Shown here: piece by piece, positions 37,804 to 52,000 of the stretch
How the letters are laid out: the number at the start of each line of letters is the position of its first letter
How positions within the stretch are numbered: position 1 is the first letter of the stretch
NCBI GenBank assembly: GCA_951406725.2
Contig: OX597816.1
Coordinates: forward strand, 108,624,001-108,688,000
From: Octopus vulgaris
Lineage: Eukaryota
DNA: 64,000 bases
Direction of reading: 5' to 3'
The notes under the pieces: generated by a model
What the model was told of the DNA's origin: nothing
Database searches by the model: none
What the model saw: only the letters and a program-made list of their open reading frames with translations
Program-made: the position numbers and the translations under genes

Positions 37804-37841
<38 letters not shown>
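36571..37841 (+). mobile_element. 5'-truncated CR1-clade LINE (RT domain to 3' end) with (TTA)n tail
   Basis: QYGF, YLDFAKAFNSVPH, SGVPQGSVLGPLLF, YADD, ERDLGI, VRTHLEFASSVWNP, LESVQRRATK, TRGH and FF..RV...WN.LP motifs. Short 3' UTR with stem-loop tgtagtgc-acctga-gcactctaca, then (TTA)n at 37805-37841. Confidence 0.93.
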
Positions 37842-37842
<1 letters not shown>

Positions 37843-39094
37843 AGGCTATAGATAAACTATTTTGAATTTACAATTCCAAGAGCCAAAACTTAAGTTATAA
37901 TCTTAATTTTTACTTATTTTCTTTCCTTCATACTAAAATAACACTGAGGGTTGTTATAGAATTGAACAAAGAATACATGTTTATAAGTTTTCTAACGGCA
38001 GCTGTAAACACAAATGGCATATATGAAAAGCAAAAAAAAACTATATATTATAAGTGCAGACATAGCTGTGTGGGTAAAACACTTAGCTTACAACCAAATA
38101 GTTCTGGTTTCAATCCTACTATATGTCATATAGGCAAAAATCTTCTACTGTAGCCTTGGGATAACCAAAGCCTTGTGACTGAAATGTAGAGTATGGAACT
38201 TGACTGAAGCACATTAGAGAGAGGAGGAGAGAGTGTGTATGTGTGTGTGTGCACATGCACTGATATGCATGTGTATGCGCACATCTGAGGGTGCATTTGT
38301 ACAAGTTAGTTTACATTATTTTATATTGTGTCATATTCTGTTCCTCAAATTTATTATATTACTTGTGAAATGCGAGTATAGATTATGTGAGTGAGGATAC
38401 AAGATCCATTCTGACATTGTTTAACGCTTTTGTTACCATATTTCAAATGAAACAAACACACTGCCACTGTTTCATTAACTTGGAAAATAATGAAGAATTT
38501 AGTCAAATGACTGCTATTAAGTTAATGAAGGTTTTAATTTAAATCATTTTAACACAAGTTTGTATCATAGAACTGAGGGTGGTTTCAAAAGGGTTAACAG
38601 TCTGCCATGTTTATTCAAGCCCTATTAGTAGGACACAGACACAGGTCTCTTTTCATTATTCCTTACACAAATCTTCCTCAATTCTATTACCTATACTATG
38701 AGTTGTTACCAAGGTAACGAAGTGTTATAGCCTGTTCTAAAAAAAATTAGCTTATGTGAGAAAAGATATAATTAGCCAAGCTTTTATGACCCTCAGATGT
38801 CTTTAATTCTTAGTAAATGGGGCCACATGAATGGCAGCGTGTGAATTAATCTGCTAAAACTTGCTTAATCTAATCCCTAAATAAATAATCAGTAGGAAGA
38901 AGGAGCCCTCCTAAGGAATAAAAGACATGTAATTTGTGTGTATGTACACACATACACATCATTATTACCATCGTCGTCATTTTAATGTCTACTTTTTCAT
39001 GTTTCCATGAGTCAAATGTGATTCACTGAAGCAGTTTTCTTTGGTAGGATGCTCTTCATAATGCCAACTCATATTTACCTGTTTCCAAGCAAGG

Positions 39095-39096
<2 letters not shown>

Positions 39097-39158
<62 letters not shown>

Positions 39159-39407
39159 ACGTGTGTGCACAATAGCACATGTAGTTCTACCATCACGCAC
39201 GAATTGTATACAAATGTCACCATCAAGGCAAACCTTGCTCTTTTGTTTGCAACCTCCAAGGAAAACATCATTGAAATGATTTTTCCGTAGGCATTAACCC
39301 CTTTCCCATCACTCTCTCCCAGTCCAATTAATTGTTGACACTTATGAACCTCCTCCTTACAACAAATGAAGTCAACCTTCCAAAATTGAGATAAATCAAA
39401 CCCAACT

Positions 39408-39470
<63 letters not shown>
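39097..39470. repeat. Two long (GT)n microsatellites (39097-39156, 39411-39470)
   Basis: Directly visible. Confidence 0.95.
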
Positions 39471-39472
<2 letters not shown>

Positions 39473-40661
39473 CACTAGATTAACAGATGTTGTTATACAC
39501 TGCTGATCACAAGGCACTTCCTCATATTGTTGTAGCTTTTGAATGAAGACACCCAACTGGGGCTAGGTGAGCAGTCCAACATTTCCCCTGAATGCAATGC
39601 CAGTCTGTTGCAGGGTTAACCATTTACAGATGAGTGAACTAAAACAACATGAAATGAAGTATTTTACTCAAGAACACAATGCAATGTCAGTCTCGGAATT
39701 GATACCACAATCTTGTGATCATGAGTGCAACACCTTAACCATAAGGCTATGCATATATATAAAAAGATACTGGGGACTTCATGAGTTGGAATGCTTAGGA
39801 TCATAGCTTGATCAGCAACAATTTGTAAATTAGAAGGCTTCAACATGGTAATTAGATCTGTAAGATAAACCAATCAAAACTCTCAAATCAGGCCCTACCA
39901 TCTTGGAAGAGGAGAGGACACAGACAGAGTAATCTCACATAGTGTTAAAAAGAAGAGATAGTTATGGATAGAATGCCTTTGATCAAATGTTTGCTGAGAA
40001 CTAAACAACAATCTGTTAGAAACAGTAATTAAATAACCATCAAATAACATCTAATAGTCTTCAAAGAAGGACAGATCACAGGTCTGAAATTAGAAATGAT
40101 ACTTCTTTTCCTTTTTTTTTTGCTCTAGCTAACAAGGGGGCTTCTACATGGTTGTTTGATATGATAGAAATAGAAGCCAAATCTCCCAAAAACCACAAAC
40201 TACACTGCCACATCTTAAAGATCCACCAAAGCCAACATTATCACAGGCCACAGAGGAAGTCTCAAGGTGGTTGATAGGTCTGTTAGAAATAGCAGCTAAA
40301 CTGCACACGAATTGAACATAAGTATCTTTTAAAAAAATAAATTAACTAATGTAATCCAGAGGGCACACTATGTCAAAAACAAATGTAATGGTCATATTTG
40401 GAATATCTCAGATAATAGGTTTACTTGATCAAAGTACTTATAACTAACAACAACACCAATAGTTTTACTTTTTAGCATTTAAACCGGCCATATCTGGCTC
40501 AAATATTCTACATATTCTATGTTCAAACTGGTCAGAACTGACCTCTCACACCTATCCTACAATGTCATTTAAAAAATAACCAATCACATAATCAAAATCC
40601 CAGAGCTACAAGATAATGTACATTTAAGTAATCTGAATGCTAAGGGATATGTCACCATAAC

Positions 40662-41062
40662 GAGGTAGTAGTTGTTTAGCTTTGACTGAAGGAACCTATG
40701 ATCAAAGGTTTTCCAACCATGACCATCACAACTTTTTCTTACATGCTGGAAACTCAGGATTACATTACCTAATATGTTCTTTCCTAAAGATGTGAAAGGG
40801 AAGGGGGTAAGATTTGCAAGAGACTTGGCATCTATTTCTAGCAGATTGAACAATCTGGTAGAGGTGGTTGTTGTTTAGCTTTGACTGAAGGAACCTATGA
40901 TCAAAGGTTTTCCAACCATGACCATCACATCTTTTTCTTATGTGCTGGAAACTCAGGATTACATCATCGACTATGCTTTTTCCTAAAGATGTGAAAGGGA
41001 AGGTGGTAAACTTTGCAGGAGACTTGGCATCTATTTCTAGCAGACTGAACAACCAGGTAGAA
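40662..41062. repeat. Tandem duplication, ~199-bp unit x2, of an old dispersed repeat
   Basis: gaggt..t.gttgtttagctttgactgaaggaacctatgatcaaagg...tatttctagcaga occurs at 40662-40860 and 40861-41062. The gttgtttagc...tatgatcaaagg...gctatttctagcag family has many decayed copies elsewhere in the window. Confidence 0.9.
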
Positions 41063-42364
41063 GCCCTCTTGTTAGCCAGACCGGAAAAAGCCTACACAGG
41101 TTAGTTAAGGAAGGAGGAAAAATAAAATATCGATAATAAGCCCTTAAATAAATAGATAAAATATACAGAAGCCAGCCTGACTGACCTAACAATCAAACAA
41201 CTCTTTCTGCATCACCACCATATGCCCCCACCCCCAACTTTCTCCTAATATGGAGTGTCTACATGATTTCTTTCCATGTTCTTCAACTCCACTCATAATA
41301 CAAATTCAGCAGAGTCGGGGGGGGGGGGGGGAATTGAGGGTAAGTGTGAGAAGGTAGGAATTTAAATCCCTCCTATGTCTCATAGTATGTGTGTGAGAAG
41401 CTGTGTGAGGGTGCGAGAGATGGGGGAAGTAAGCCTTTCAGAGATAGACAGAGAGACAGAGACAGAATCCCCCTTAGACTCCCAGCAAACAACAAAAAAG
41501 TAGGCTAATGGATTCCAATGTATACAAAAAACCCTCACCTCACTTTCGGCTGCTGCTGCTGCTTCCACTACTGCTATAAACCTTTATGACCATGAACATG
41601 ATTACCCAGCAATGGGAGGTGGGGTATTGTTGTTGCTAAACCTCTATGTGGCCATTCAAATTGCTAGAAGTACCAGCCCGGCTTTTTCTTATACACACAG
41701 CCCTCAAGATTCATACACCCCACTTTTGTCCCCACTAGTTCAGGGTATGTGTAGAATGAAATAATAGTTCCGTGTGTACATACCAGACATCCACAAGATT
41801 TGTCTGTTCAAATTCCCTACTCCTCAGACTTTCAAGATGTTTAAGGTATGATATAGGATTGCCTATACCACACATCTTACAAAGAAAAAAATGAGAGACA
41901 AAGTGAAAAACAGATCATCGTCACCATCATTATCATTTAACATCCACTGTCCATGTTGATGTGGGTTGGATGGTTTGACCAGAGCTGGCAAGCTGGGGAG
42001 CTGTACCAGGTTCCAGTCTGATTTGGCATGATTTCTACAGTTGGATGCCCTTCCCAAAGTCAACCACTTTACAGTTTGCTGCATGCTTTCACATGGCACC
42101 ACATGGGTGCTTTTGCGTGGCACTGCATGAGCGCTTATACATGGCACCACATGTACAAAAATATGAAATACTTTATAATTACTGCCAACCACAACTTTTT
42201 AAATGACCCAAATGTGATTACCTTTTAGCATTTACTTGTTTCAGTCATTGGATTGCAGTTATGCTAGTGCACTTCTTTGAAGGGGTCAAACAAATTGACC
42301 CCAGTGCTTATTGCTTTTAAGTCTATCAATCTCTATTGCCAAACTGCTAAGTTACTGGGACATA

Positions 42365-42580
42365 CAAGTAGGTGCTGAAAAGTTCCTGGCTTTAAGGGTG
42401 TTGCAAAAGACCTGGTTGGAGGCCCAACCTTCAGAGTTCTTTTACAGGGCTTAGAAAGCTGAAGGACCGCTGCAATAAGTGTGTGAATCTGAGAGGGAAA
42501 TATGTTGAATAAAATCATAATTAACTGATCATTCTGTACTTGCTTTTACTGAAAGCCAGGAACTTTTCAGCACCCCCTTG
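42365..42580 (+). mobile_element. Mariner-derived MITE inserted in a family 1 SINE
   Basis: TIRs caagtaggtgctgaaaagttcctggcttt / aaagccaggaacttttcagcacccccttg with TA flanks. The internal remnant KLKDRCNKCVNLRGKYVE* resembles a mariner transposase C-terminus. Confidence 0.85.
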
Positions 42581-42964
42581 TAAACAAAAAGGTGGTCAAG
42601 CAATGGTGGGGGTCAAACACAAACACATACATACATATGTATCATCATCATCATTCTTGAATGTACATTTTCCGTGCTGGCACGAATTGGGTGGTTTGAC
42701 CAGTGCTGGCAAGTCGGGGAACTGTACCAGGTTCCAGTCTAATTTGGTTTAGTTTCTATGGCTGGATACCCTTCCTAACACTAACCACTTTACAATGTGT
42801 GCTGAGTGCTTTCAGCGTGGGACCAGCACAAGCACTCTCATGTGGTGCCAACACGAGTGCTTTTTACATGTCACTGGCACAGTGTTCTTGCAGATCAATC
42901 CTCTTTATCAGAGTAGCATACATACATATATAAAAATATACATATATACTTATATATATAAATA

Positions 42965-43206
42965 TAGGGTTGACCAAAAGTCACCCAACAGTAAATCTAA
43001 ATTCCATAAATACTTTATATTCAATTTCATTTATTCATTCCAATTATGAATGTTTAACAATTGAATGCTGTGAATTAAAAAAAAACAAATTTTTTTTTCC
43101 AACATTTATTTACTTATTAGCTAAGTCTCATATAAAACAATATTTTGTTTTAATCTTGGAATAAAATGGTTTTGATTTACTGTCAGATGACTTTGGCCCA
43201 ACCCTG
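42965..43206. mobile_element. Tc1/mariner-type MITE
   Basis: TIRs tagggttgaccaaaagtcacccaacagtaaa / tttactgtcagatgactttggcccaaccctg with TA flanks. Confidence 0.75.
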
Positions 43207-43967
43207 TATGATGGTCTTTCTTTCAGTTTCCATCTACCAAATTCACTCATAAGACTTTGCTCAGCTAATTGCTACTTACAGTGAGTTATCTAAATAGTTG
43301 CATTTGTACCTCTATTCAATCTTAATCACGCAGACCTATGATCAACAACAATATTCCATTCGTGACCATCTTGCCTTTTCCTGTTTTTTTGTTGTTTTTT
43401 TTTTCTCCATACATAATGTACTCAGAATTACATTATCCAAGCAATTCTTTCTTTGTAAAGATACAATCCAGTATTATTTTTTTTTAAGACATAAACCAGC
43501 TGTAAAAACCATGCCAAAACAGACAGTGGAGCTCAGTGCAGTCTCCTTGCTGGTGAGCTTCTGTTAAACCATCCAACCCATGCCAGCATAGAAGACAGGC
43601 ATTAAATGATGATGATGTGTGGGTTGAAGGATAAAGAGTAGAAGACACTTGCTCATGGTTAAGAAACAAGCTTCTTAACCACTCAGCAACACCTAATCTT
43701 CATTTTTTAACTGAAATATTTTGTAATCTCTACATTCTACATCTATCTCTACATTCTACATCTATCACTGTCATTTTCATAAATTCTGCCACTTGCAAAA
43801 TCTAACCTTGTTCTTCAGTTTTTAGAAATGTATGGGTGTGAACTGGGGGAAAACTAGCCACTATTTCAAGCAGAGTAAAACTTGTCTGTGAATTAGTTGA
43901 TTTGAAAAAAGTTTAACATATTTTTTCAGCTTGATCTGTTCTTACACATAAATATATACATATATTA

Positions 43968-44357
43968 CTCTTTTACTTGTTTCAGTCATTTGACTGCGGC
44001 CATGCTGAAGCACCACCTTTAGTCGAGCACATCGACCCCAAGACTTATTCTTTGTAAGCCTAGTACTTATTCTATCAGTCTCTTTTGCCGAACTGCTAAG
44101 TTACGGGAACATAGACACAACAGCATCGGTTGTCAAGCGATGTTGGGGGGGGGGGGGACAAGCACAGACACACAAACATACATATATATATACATATATA
44201 CGATGGGCTTCTTTCAGTTTCCGTCTACCAAATCCACTCACAAGGCTTTGGTTGGCCTGAGGCTATCTATAGTAGAAGACACTTGCCCAAGGTGCCACAC
44301 AGTGAGACTGAACCCAGAACCATGTAGTTTGTAAGCAAGCTACTTACCACACAGCCA
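43968..44357 (-). mobile_element. SINE family 1, full length, minus strand
   Basis: Reverse complement of the family-1 consensus. Confidence 0.88.
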
Positions 44358-46984
44358 ATTTAGTTGAAGTTATTTATAAATTTGGACAACCTAGTTAGTA
44401 ATAATAATACATTTGGGGATGGAGGAGGCAGTGAGGAGGTGAAGAAATACTCTATCTAGACAATGTGGCATAAGACCAGCTACTGAGCAATCAAAATATT
44501 GATTCTCATTAGAATTCCCATCAACACCAATACAGCCAACTTTTATTTATATTGATGAACAAAGAGAATTTATTAATTCAGAAAGTTTCCTAGGAATAGG
44601 CAAAGCCGTATGGTTAAGAAGTTCACTTCTCAACCATGTGGTTTCAGGTTGTCTTTCTTGTATCCCAAACTGATCAATGCCTCGAATGAATTTGGCATGT
44701 GAAAACTGCACAAAGCCTCTGTGTGTGTGTGCACGCATGTGTGCAAGTGCACGCATGTATGCACATGCATACATGCACACCACATGCATACTCATGTGTG
44801 AATGTTTAAATTCTGCTCTTTCAAAGACATGGAAATGGAAATCCCTTACATGACAAACAGGTAAGGATTAGAGACAGGAAGTGCATCCAACTGTAAAGCT
44901 TTGCCTTAATAATACATAATATATCTAACCCATGCTAGCATGAGAAAACAGATGTAAAAAAAAATAAGCTAATGTGTAGTAAGTTTTATATATATATATG
45001 TAGTAAATTTATTATCTAAATGAAGTTTACCACTATGTAAAGTAAAGGAAAATAATAATGTCTGCTTTTATTGATATTAGGTATAAATATAACTACCTGG
45101 TTATCATCAACATTTAATGTCCATTTTCCATGCTGGCATGGGTTGGATAGCTTGATAGAAACTAGCAAGGCCAGAAGCCACACCAGGTTATCATAGTCTG
45201 TTTTGGTTTGGTTTCTATGGATATATGCCCTTCCTAATGCCAACCACTTCACAGAGTGTACTGAGTGCTTTTTACATGGCACCATCACCAGTACTTTTTT
45301 ATGTGGCACCTTGGTTTTAGGATTTCAATTCTATGATGAAGTACTCTAAATCTAAGAATTTAGTAAAATAATTTTGTCACTAGAAAGTCAGTGTCTGGAA
45401 CATAAATTAATTGAAATTTTGATGGAAGGTTTTAATTTAGAGCATGTTAAAACCAGAAGTTTGTATGATAGAACCAAGGTATCAAAAGAGTTAAAGGCCA
45501 TCATGATAAAGTGTGAAAGAATGAACAAACAAGAAGAGTAGTTGACAGATTAAAAAGTAAGTTGTGTTTCAGATAGAACAAATTAGTAAGGGTTGTAAAT
45601 AGGAGAAGGAACACTGGCAAAAGAAACAATGAGAACCTCTCTTGGGGATTATTTGATCTGCCAGAAATAGCAGCAAAATCTCCTTCAAATCACCAACCAT
45701 AGTCTTATTACCTTTTATTTTGTTTCAGTCATTAGACTGTGGCTATGCAGGGGCACATCCTTAAAGAATTTTAAATCAAATTGATCCCAGTACTTAACAT
45801 TTTTTAAAAACCTGGTGCTTATTCTATCTTTCTCTTTTTGCTGAACTGCTAAGTTATGGGGATGTAAGCACGCCAACACTGGTTCCCAAGCCAGTGGTAG
45901 GGAACCAACACAGACACAAAGGGACACACACATATGACTAGCTTCTTTAAGCTCCTGTCTTCCAAATTCATTCACAAGGCTTTGGTCGGCCCAAGGTTAT
46001 ACTAGAAAACAACTGCTCAAGGTGCCACGCAGTGGAACTGAATCCTGAATCATGTAGTTGTGAAACAAACTTACCACACAGCCACACCCACATTTTTCCC
46101 CCCTTTCTGGACAGTAGGATGTGATTTGAGAGAGATTTGACAGTTAATTCTAACAGGTCAAACAAACACCACACACAGCAATTCTCAAACGGTGCATGAA
46201 CAGCAATAGACCGATGCACTTTAAGATCTAGCTACTGAGAAAATGCTAAAATATATATTTTAAGAAAAATGTAAATAATACAGAAATTGTAGATTAAAAA
46301 AAAACCTTACAACTAAGCTTTATCTATTGAACAAAAGACCTAAGAACTTAATTTTCTGTAATTTATATTTATAGACTAAAAATATATAAATACATTTTTT
46401 AACTTGCTCTAAAATATGCTTCAAGCAAAAAAAAGAAAAAGTTTAGGAGCAACTCACATAAAGGCTTGTGTTGTAGCATTCTATTTTGGCAACAAAGTTT
46501 TTTATTATTTCTTTGTATGAAAGGCACATTGTATGAAGCATGTGTTAAGTATGACACAGCTAAGTAACAAGCAATTTACAGCACTGAGTGTAGAAAATCA
46601 ATAGAAGTTAGAATGAAATATGTGATGCATGCATCATCCATTGGATGTGAAACAGTATTAACTTGCATAAAAAAAAATAGAAAAGGCACAGTAAAAGGTA
46701 AGTAAAGAGAACAGTTGGTCATTAAAAGACTGCGAGGTTATGAAAAAAAAGTGTTGTGAGCATTAACAGTTGTTGCTGTTTAGCCCTATTTATCCCTTTA
46801 GCTTTTAAACTGAGCATATCAAGCCAAAATATTGTACCTGTTTTTATGTTCAAACTGGCCAGATCCAGCCTCTCACACCTACCCTACAATATTAGCCTTA
46901 ACATAAATATTCACATAATCAAAATCTCAACACTACAAGATGATGCAGGATAAATTCAAAACAATATGAATAAACAAGTTCTTA

Positions 46985-47287
46985 TGGAGGTAGTGATAAG
47001 GGACTAAGACCCTCAGCAATATACCATGCTTGTGTAGACCTGTCAAGCCCAAGTGAGACCATAGTTGGTGGCCAATGCCAGTGTCAGGTCAATGGCACCC
47101 ATGCCGGTGGCACATAAAAAACACCCACTACACTCTTGGAGTGATTGGCATTAGGAAGGGCATCCAGCTGTAGAAACCTTTCCAAATCAGATCGAAACCT
47201 GATGCAGCTCCCCGCCTTACCAGTTTTCAGTCAAATTGTCCAACCCATGCCAGCATGGAAAGCAGACGTTAAATGATGATGATGATT
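46985..47287 (+). mobile_element. SINE family 3, long form, inserted in a piggyBac-like MITE
   Basis: ...gattggcattaggaagggcatccagctgtagaaacc...caacccatgccagcatggaaagcagacgttaaatgatgatgatgat. The MITE tail (catttgac...aatctgaatg) resumes after it. Confidence 0.8.
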
Positions 47288-47639
47288 CATTTGACGGAAA
47301 AATCTGAATGATTAAGTAACTCACAGATGTTTGTACTCTTAAACACAAGTTGAATCGGTGTGACTAAGGTAGTCCTTTGACAAGCTCCCACACAGTAACT
47401 GTTCATTTATAAGGATTAGGTCATTGCCGAGACACCTTTCCCAAGTCTGTCTTGAATGAGATGAACTTTTGATAGAAAGCATCCCAGCAGTGAACATACC
47501 ATCTTATTTTTATATCCAGTCTACATTATCTGATGTGTCCTATGAAGCGATGTAAAAATAATCTGACAACTACATCTAGCAGGTCAAACAATCACATAGG
47601 AGCTCCCTTTACCACTACCACCTTATAGGATCTGACTTC

Positions 47640-47850
47640 CTTGTTGCTGACATTTGAAGGTATTTGTGTCAGAGCAAGGCCAATGAAAACATGGGAAGTA
47701 GTGAAATTAGATCTCCAGATGTTAGCTAACACAGATGAGATAGCACAAAATCAAAGACTAACGATGAGACATGCTCTACTGCAGACCCAATCAAGCCATG
47801 CTAGTATGGAGAAACAACGTAAAATCAGACTGAAATTGACAATGACAATG
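47640..47850 (+). mobile_element. RTE-clade LINE 3' end fragment
   Basis: EGICVRARPMKTWEVVKLDLQML resembles the RTE C-terminal EG...RGRP.KTW...V..DL motif. It is followed by the ccatgctagtatggag..aacgtaaaa tail shared with SINE family 3. Confidence 0.65.
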
Positions 47851-48587
47851 ATTTTCCAATGGAATATACAGCAACTACAAGAAGAGAAAATTGTAACACT
47901 ACAACCAACAATAGGTGGTGCAATCAAGTATAACAACTAACAGCAATAATGTAAAAATCACACATCCTTATATTCCACAACCCTACACAGTGGACAGGCT
48001 TTTGTTTGTCATGTAAGTAATTTGGAGATCTCACTAGGGTAAAATCCTAATCTTCTGTATCACAAACATAGGAATCGAAAAAAACTTAGATAAAAAACAG
48101 GGGGGTGGGGAAATGTCACCTTGGACATGCTAGAAAGAAGAGATAAAAGACAGGAGTTCTGGGAAAACTTCCAATTAAGTTTATATCAAAGATCAGGTTT
48201 TTAAATATGCTCATCATAAACACAAATTACACAATAGAAAAAAATAATTTCAATTGGATTCGAGATGTAAATTTGTGTGTGCACACTGCAAGAAATAACA
48301 TAATTCGCACAGAAGTTTTACCTCGAGTGTGTGTATGTATGTCAAAGGAAGTTATTTTATGGCATTCTTTTGTTTGAAGAAGCAAAGTTGTCAACTCAAC
48401 ATATATGGGATCATGTGGTTGTTCATGAATTTCCATAAAATTGTTTTAATTTCTGTATACTTTAAAGAGAGCAGAAATTGAAAGAGAGGATAAAGTGAAA
48501 AGGCAGGATTTGCTTTGAAGTGAAAGAAGAAAGTAAAAGAGGAGAATTGTAAGAAATTGTAAGATGTACGTGTATATGAAATGGACA

Positions 48588-48623
<36 letters not shown>

Positions 48624-51600
48624 TGTGTGAGTGAGTGAGTGAAGGTGTGTGTTGTGATGTTTGAATTTTTTTGCATGTCCCTGAGTGTGTCGGTAGTCAC
48701 AAAAATGAATGTATACTGACAGACACATACACTGTCACAGATATACCTGTCAGTCATCAGCCTAACGTAGGTAAAAAATGAGCAAACACACTCATATAGA
48801 AAATGTGTTGTCATTGTCATGGTGGTGATATAAAATATCATTTATAATAGGTGACTAAAAGAAAAATGACAATGTTAAATTTTTGTAATGCAAACATGTG
48901 AATGAAAATATAGTTTAGTTGGTAACCAAAAGCTACTGAATCTTTTGATACCCCACATACCAAAATTGGCTACTCGGTTTTGGAATGCATAAGGAACATA
49001 CGCACACACACACACACAAACTATCTTTTACATATATATATAAGATGTATGCGTGTGTATGTGTGGTCTTTGTGTCTGTGTTTGTCCACACCACCACTTG
49101 ACAACTGGTACTGGTGTGTTTACGCACCCCTAACTTAGCAGTTCAGCAAAAGACACTGATAGACTAAGTACCAGACTTTAAAAAAATAAGCACTGGGGTC
49201 AATTCGTTCAATTGAAATGAGTCAAGGTGTTGCTCCAGCATGGCCGTAGTCCAATAAGTGAAATAAGCAAAAGATAAAAGATACACATACAATAGCAAAG
49301 ACACATCTTAAAACACACATCATACAGCACACATACACAAACATCTTATACATATGCCTAAACATCCTATCCCACGTGTACACACACACATCCTTACAGC
49401 ATACCCACCAACCTACCACAGTTGCCACAAGCTATAATAATCACATACAACTTCTCTAATCTGTAAGCCATTTGACAAAATTAATATCTCAAGAGTCAGC
49501 TAATCCTAATCTGGAGTATTAACAGTTACTCACCTATCATCATCATCATATTCATAATCACTATCATGAGCCCCGCACTTCATCACAATAATCGCCACCA
49601 CCATCATCGCATTCATCATCACCACCCTCATCCTAAGCATCGTCTCATTACAAACATCATAGTCGTCATTATAATCTTCAATTCATCTCTGTCAGCTGTA
49701 AGCTAGTCACAATAATAATGCTAAAACAAATCTCATATTTCAAGGTTACTGTCGCAGAAACCAAAATTGTAAAAAAAAAAGAGAGAAAAAAGTCATAACA
49801 CTTCTCAGAGATACTACCAATACAATCAAGCTTAAAGCAATACCTCCACATAAGACACTCCACTTGCTAGAAACAGCAGCCAACTCTCCAAGAATCTGCT
49901 AATGAAGGCTGGAATCCCACTTCATGACATCTTGAACAAATGGCTTCCAGCAAGGTTGACCTGGTGTTAATTACTACAATACACAGTTCTACACGATTAC
50001 TCAGTTTGCAAGAAATAGTAACCAAGTCTCTCTTAAATGATGAGCCACCATCTTGAAAACAATGAAGGACACATTAGGTAATGGTCGCCTTGCTTGATCA
50101 AAGTTCAGTTGGAACTAAACAACTATCAAAAAAAAGAGATTATGTATGGCTGATGAAGCACAATAAGATTGAAACATAATTGTAGCATCTTGCCTGCTAT
50201 CAAAGATGGGATTTCTCCACCGAGCTTAAAAATTCAAATTTCTGTAAAATTAATTCTTGATATCCTGACATTATCTCCCCTCCCACCACTTTTTCTTTTT
50301 TTTTTTTTTTTTTTTTGAGTTATCAATGACTGAAACAAGAAAAAGATATAAGGAGGCTATACAGTTTTTGCTAACCAAATTGATTCACTCACAAGGAAAT
50401 GGTTAGTCTGAGGCTATAGTAGAAGATACTCGCCCAAGATGTTGTGCAGTGGGACTGAATCTGAAACTGCATGGTTTTCAGAGTGAGCTTCTTAACTGCA
50501 CAAAGAATTCTGGAATTTTCATGGCTAAAAACATCTCTTATAGTATATCTGCTCAGTCAGGGTTGACTCAGGGTTAACCAAGAATGAGCAAAGCTAATCT
50601 CTCTGACCAATAAACTATCCCTTATTATTTATGAGACACTTTTGCTTCAGTATTTGAGGCACTTTTCCATCTATAATACTGGGTCCTTGACACACATTTC
50701 ATGTCATGAAACGAAGTATCCAGTATCGACCCATTGACCTATTAAAGGCTGACAGACATTTTGAAATTTTATACAATATATTGAACATAAGCGTTCAATG
50801 ACATTTGATACTATAAGCAGAAAAGAAATTAATTACAAGATCAATCCCGGCCTAGATATAGTTATCAACATTACACAACTAATATTAATTTGACAAGCAA
50901 TATTGTTGCCACTGTTATTAGTGTTTATCCACAACTCAGTCTTTCTGAGATTAGGATCAAAGGTATTCCATCTGTACCAGCCAGGCACTGCCTATTACAG
51001 CCTCAATTATCTTAGTTCTCGCTTTCACCCTTTAACTGCGAAATTAAATTTTATGGTTATTCTATTAATGATGTTATTATTTAGATTTACAAAAGAATAG
51101 AATTGGTATTTTCTGCAAGTCATGTTTCCTCAATAAATTTGACAAATCTCAACGACAAAATAGTTTCACACATAACATTTCTCAACAAGACAGATTGGCA
51201 TATCAAACTGCCTTAGTCACAGGTAATGAAAGACAGTGTAAGGAGTAGGTACATTCTCTCAGAAAATTCATAAAATACTGCTTGAGAAAATTTAAGGCAT
51301 ATGGAATTATTTTGACCACTAGCAGCAGTGGGGAACACTCAAATTGTGTATGCTACCATTGTTGTTGCTGTTTACCTCAAGTTAGCACTGACTAGACACC
51401 TAATTAAAAATCATTCAATTTGTGACCAGCTTAATTTTTGGTCATGTATAGTGCACCAAAGACTATATTATGTAATGTGCCATTTTTGTTTTTCTTTTTC
51501 AAGAGTGAAACTTAACCCTTTAGCATTCAGATTACCAATAAAATGTAATGCTTATTCATTTTATCTTGTAGCTTAAAGATTTCAATGGTGAAATTGTTTG

Positions 51601-51630
51601 TTTTTAGAATGGTACTATAAGATAGGTGTG

Positions 51631-52000
51631 TGGAGGTGTAATGGCCCAGTGGTTAGGGCAACAGATTCACGGTCGTAGGATCGCAGTTTCGATTCCCAGA
51701 CTGAGTGTTGTGAGTGTTTATTGAGCAAAAATATCTAAAGATCCACGAAGCTCCAGCAGGGGTGGTGACGAACCCTGCTGTACTCTTTCACCACAACTTT
51801 CTCTCGCTCTTTCTTCCTGTTTCTCTTGTACCTGTATTTCAAAGCCTTGTCACACTCTGTGTCAGCCTGAATCTCCCTGAGAACTACGTTAAGGGTACAC
51901 GTGTCTGGAGTGTTCAGCCACTTGCAGGTTAATTTCACAAGCAGGCTGTTTCATTGATCTGATCAACTGGAACCCTCGTCAACTTAACCGATGAAGTGCC
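51631..52000 (+). mobile_element. SINE family 4 with perfect 17-bp TSD, inside a piggyBac-like MITE
   Basis: TSD actataagataggtgtg at 51614-51630 and 52001-52017; tRNA-like head aatggcccagtggttagggc...gtttcgattccc. A partial minus-strand copy lies at ~60465-60675. Confidence 0.9.

Noticed and set aside
50140-50192. CTGATGA...GAAA...GTA hammerhead-like spacing
   Set aside because: Stem II does not pair and stem I has a G-G mismatch at the first position; likely chance.
51631-51705. tRNA-like sequence (also 29190-29260, 2235-2306 and family 1 heads)
   Set aside because: These are SINE heads: no complete cloverleaf, and they continue directly into SINE bodies.
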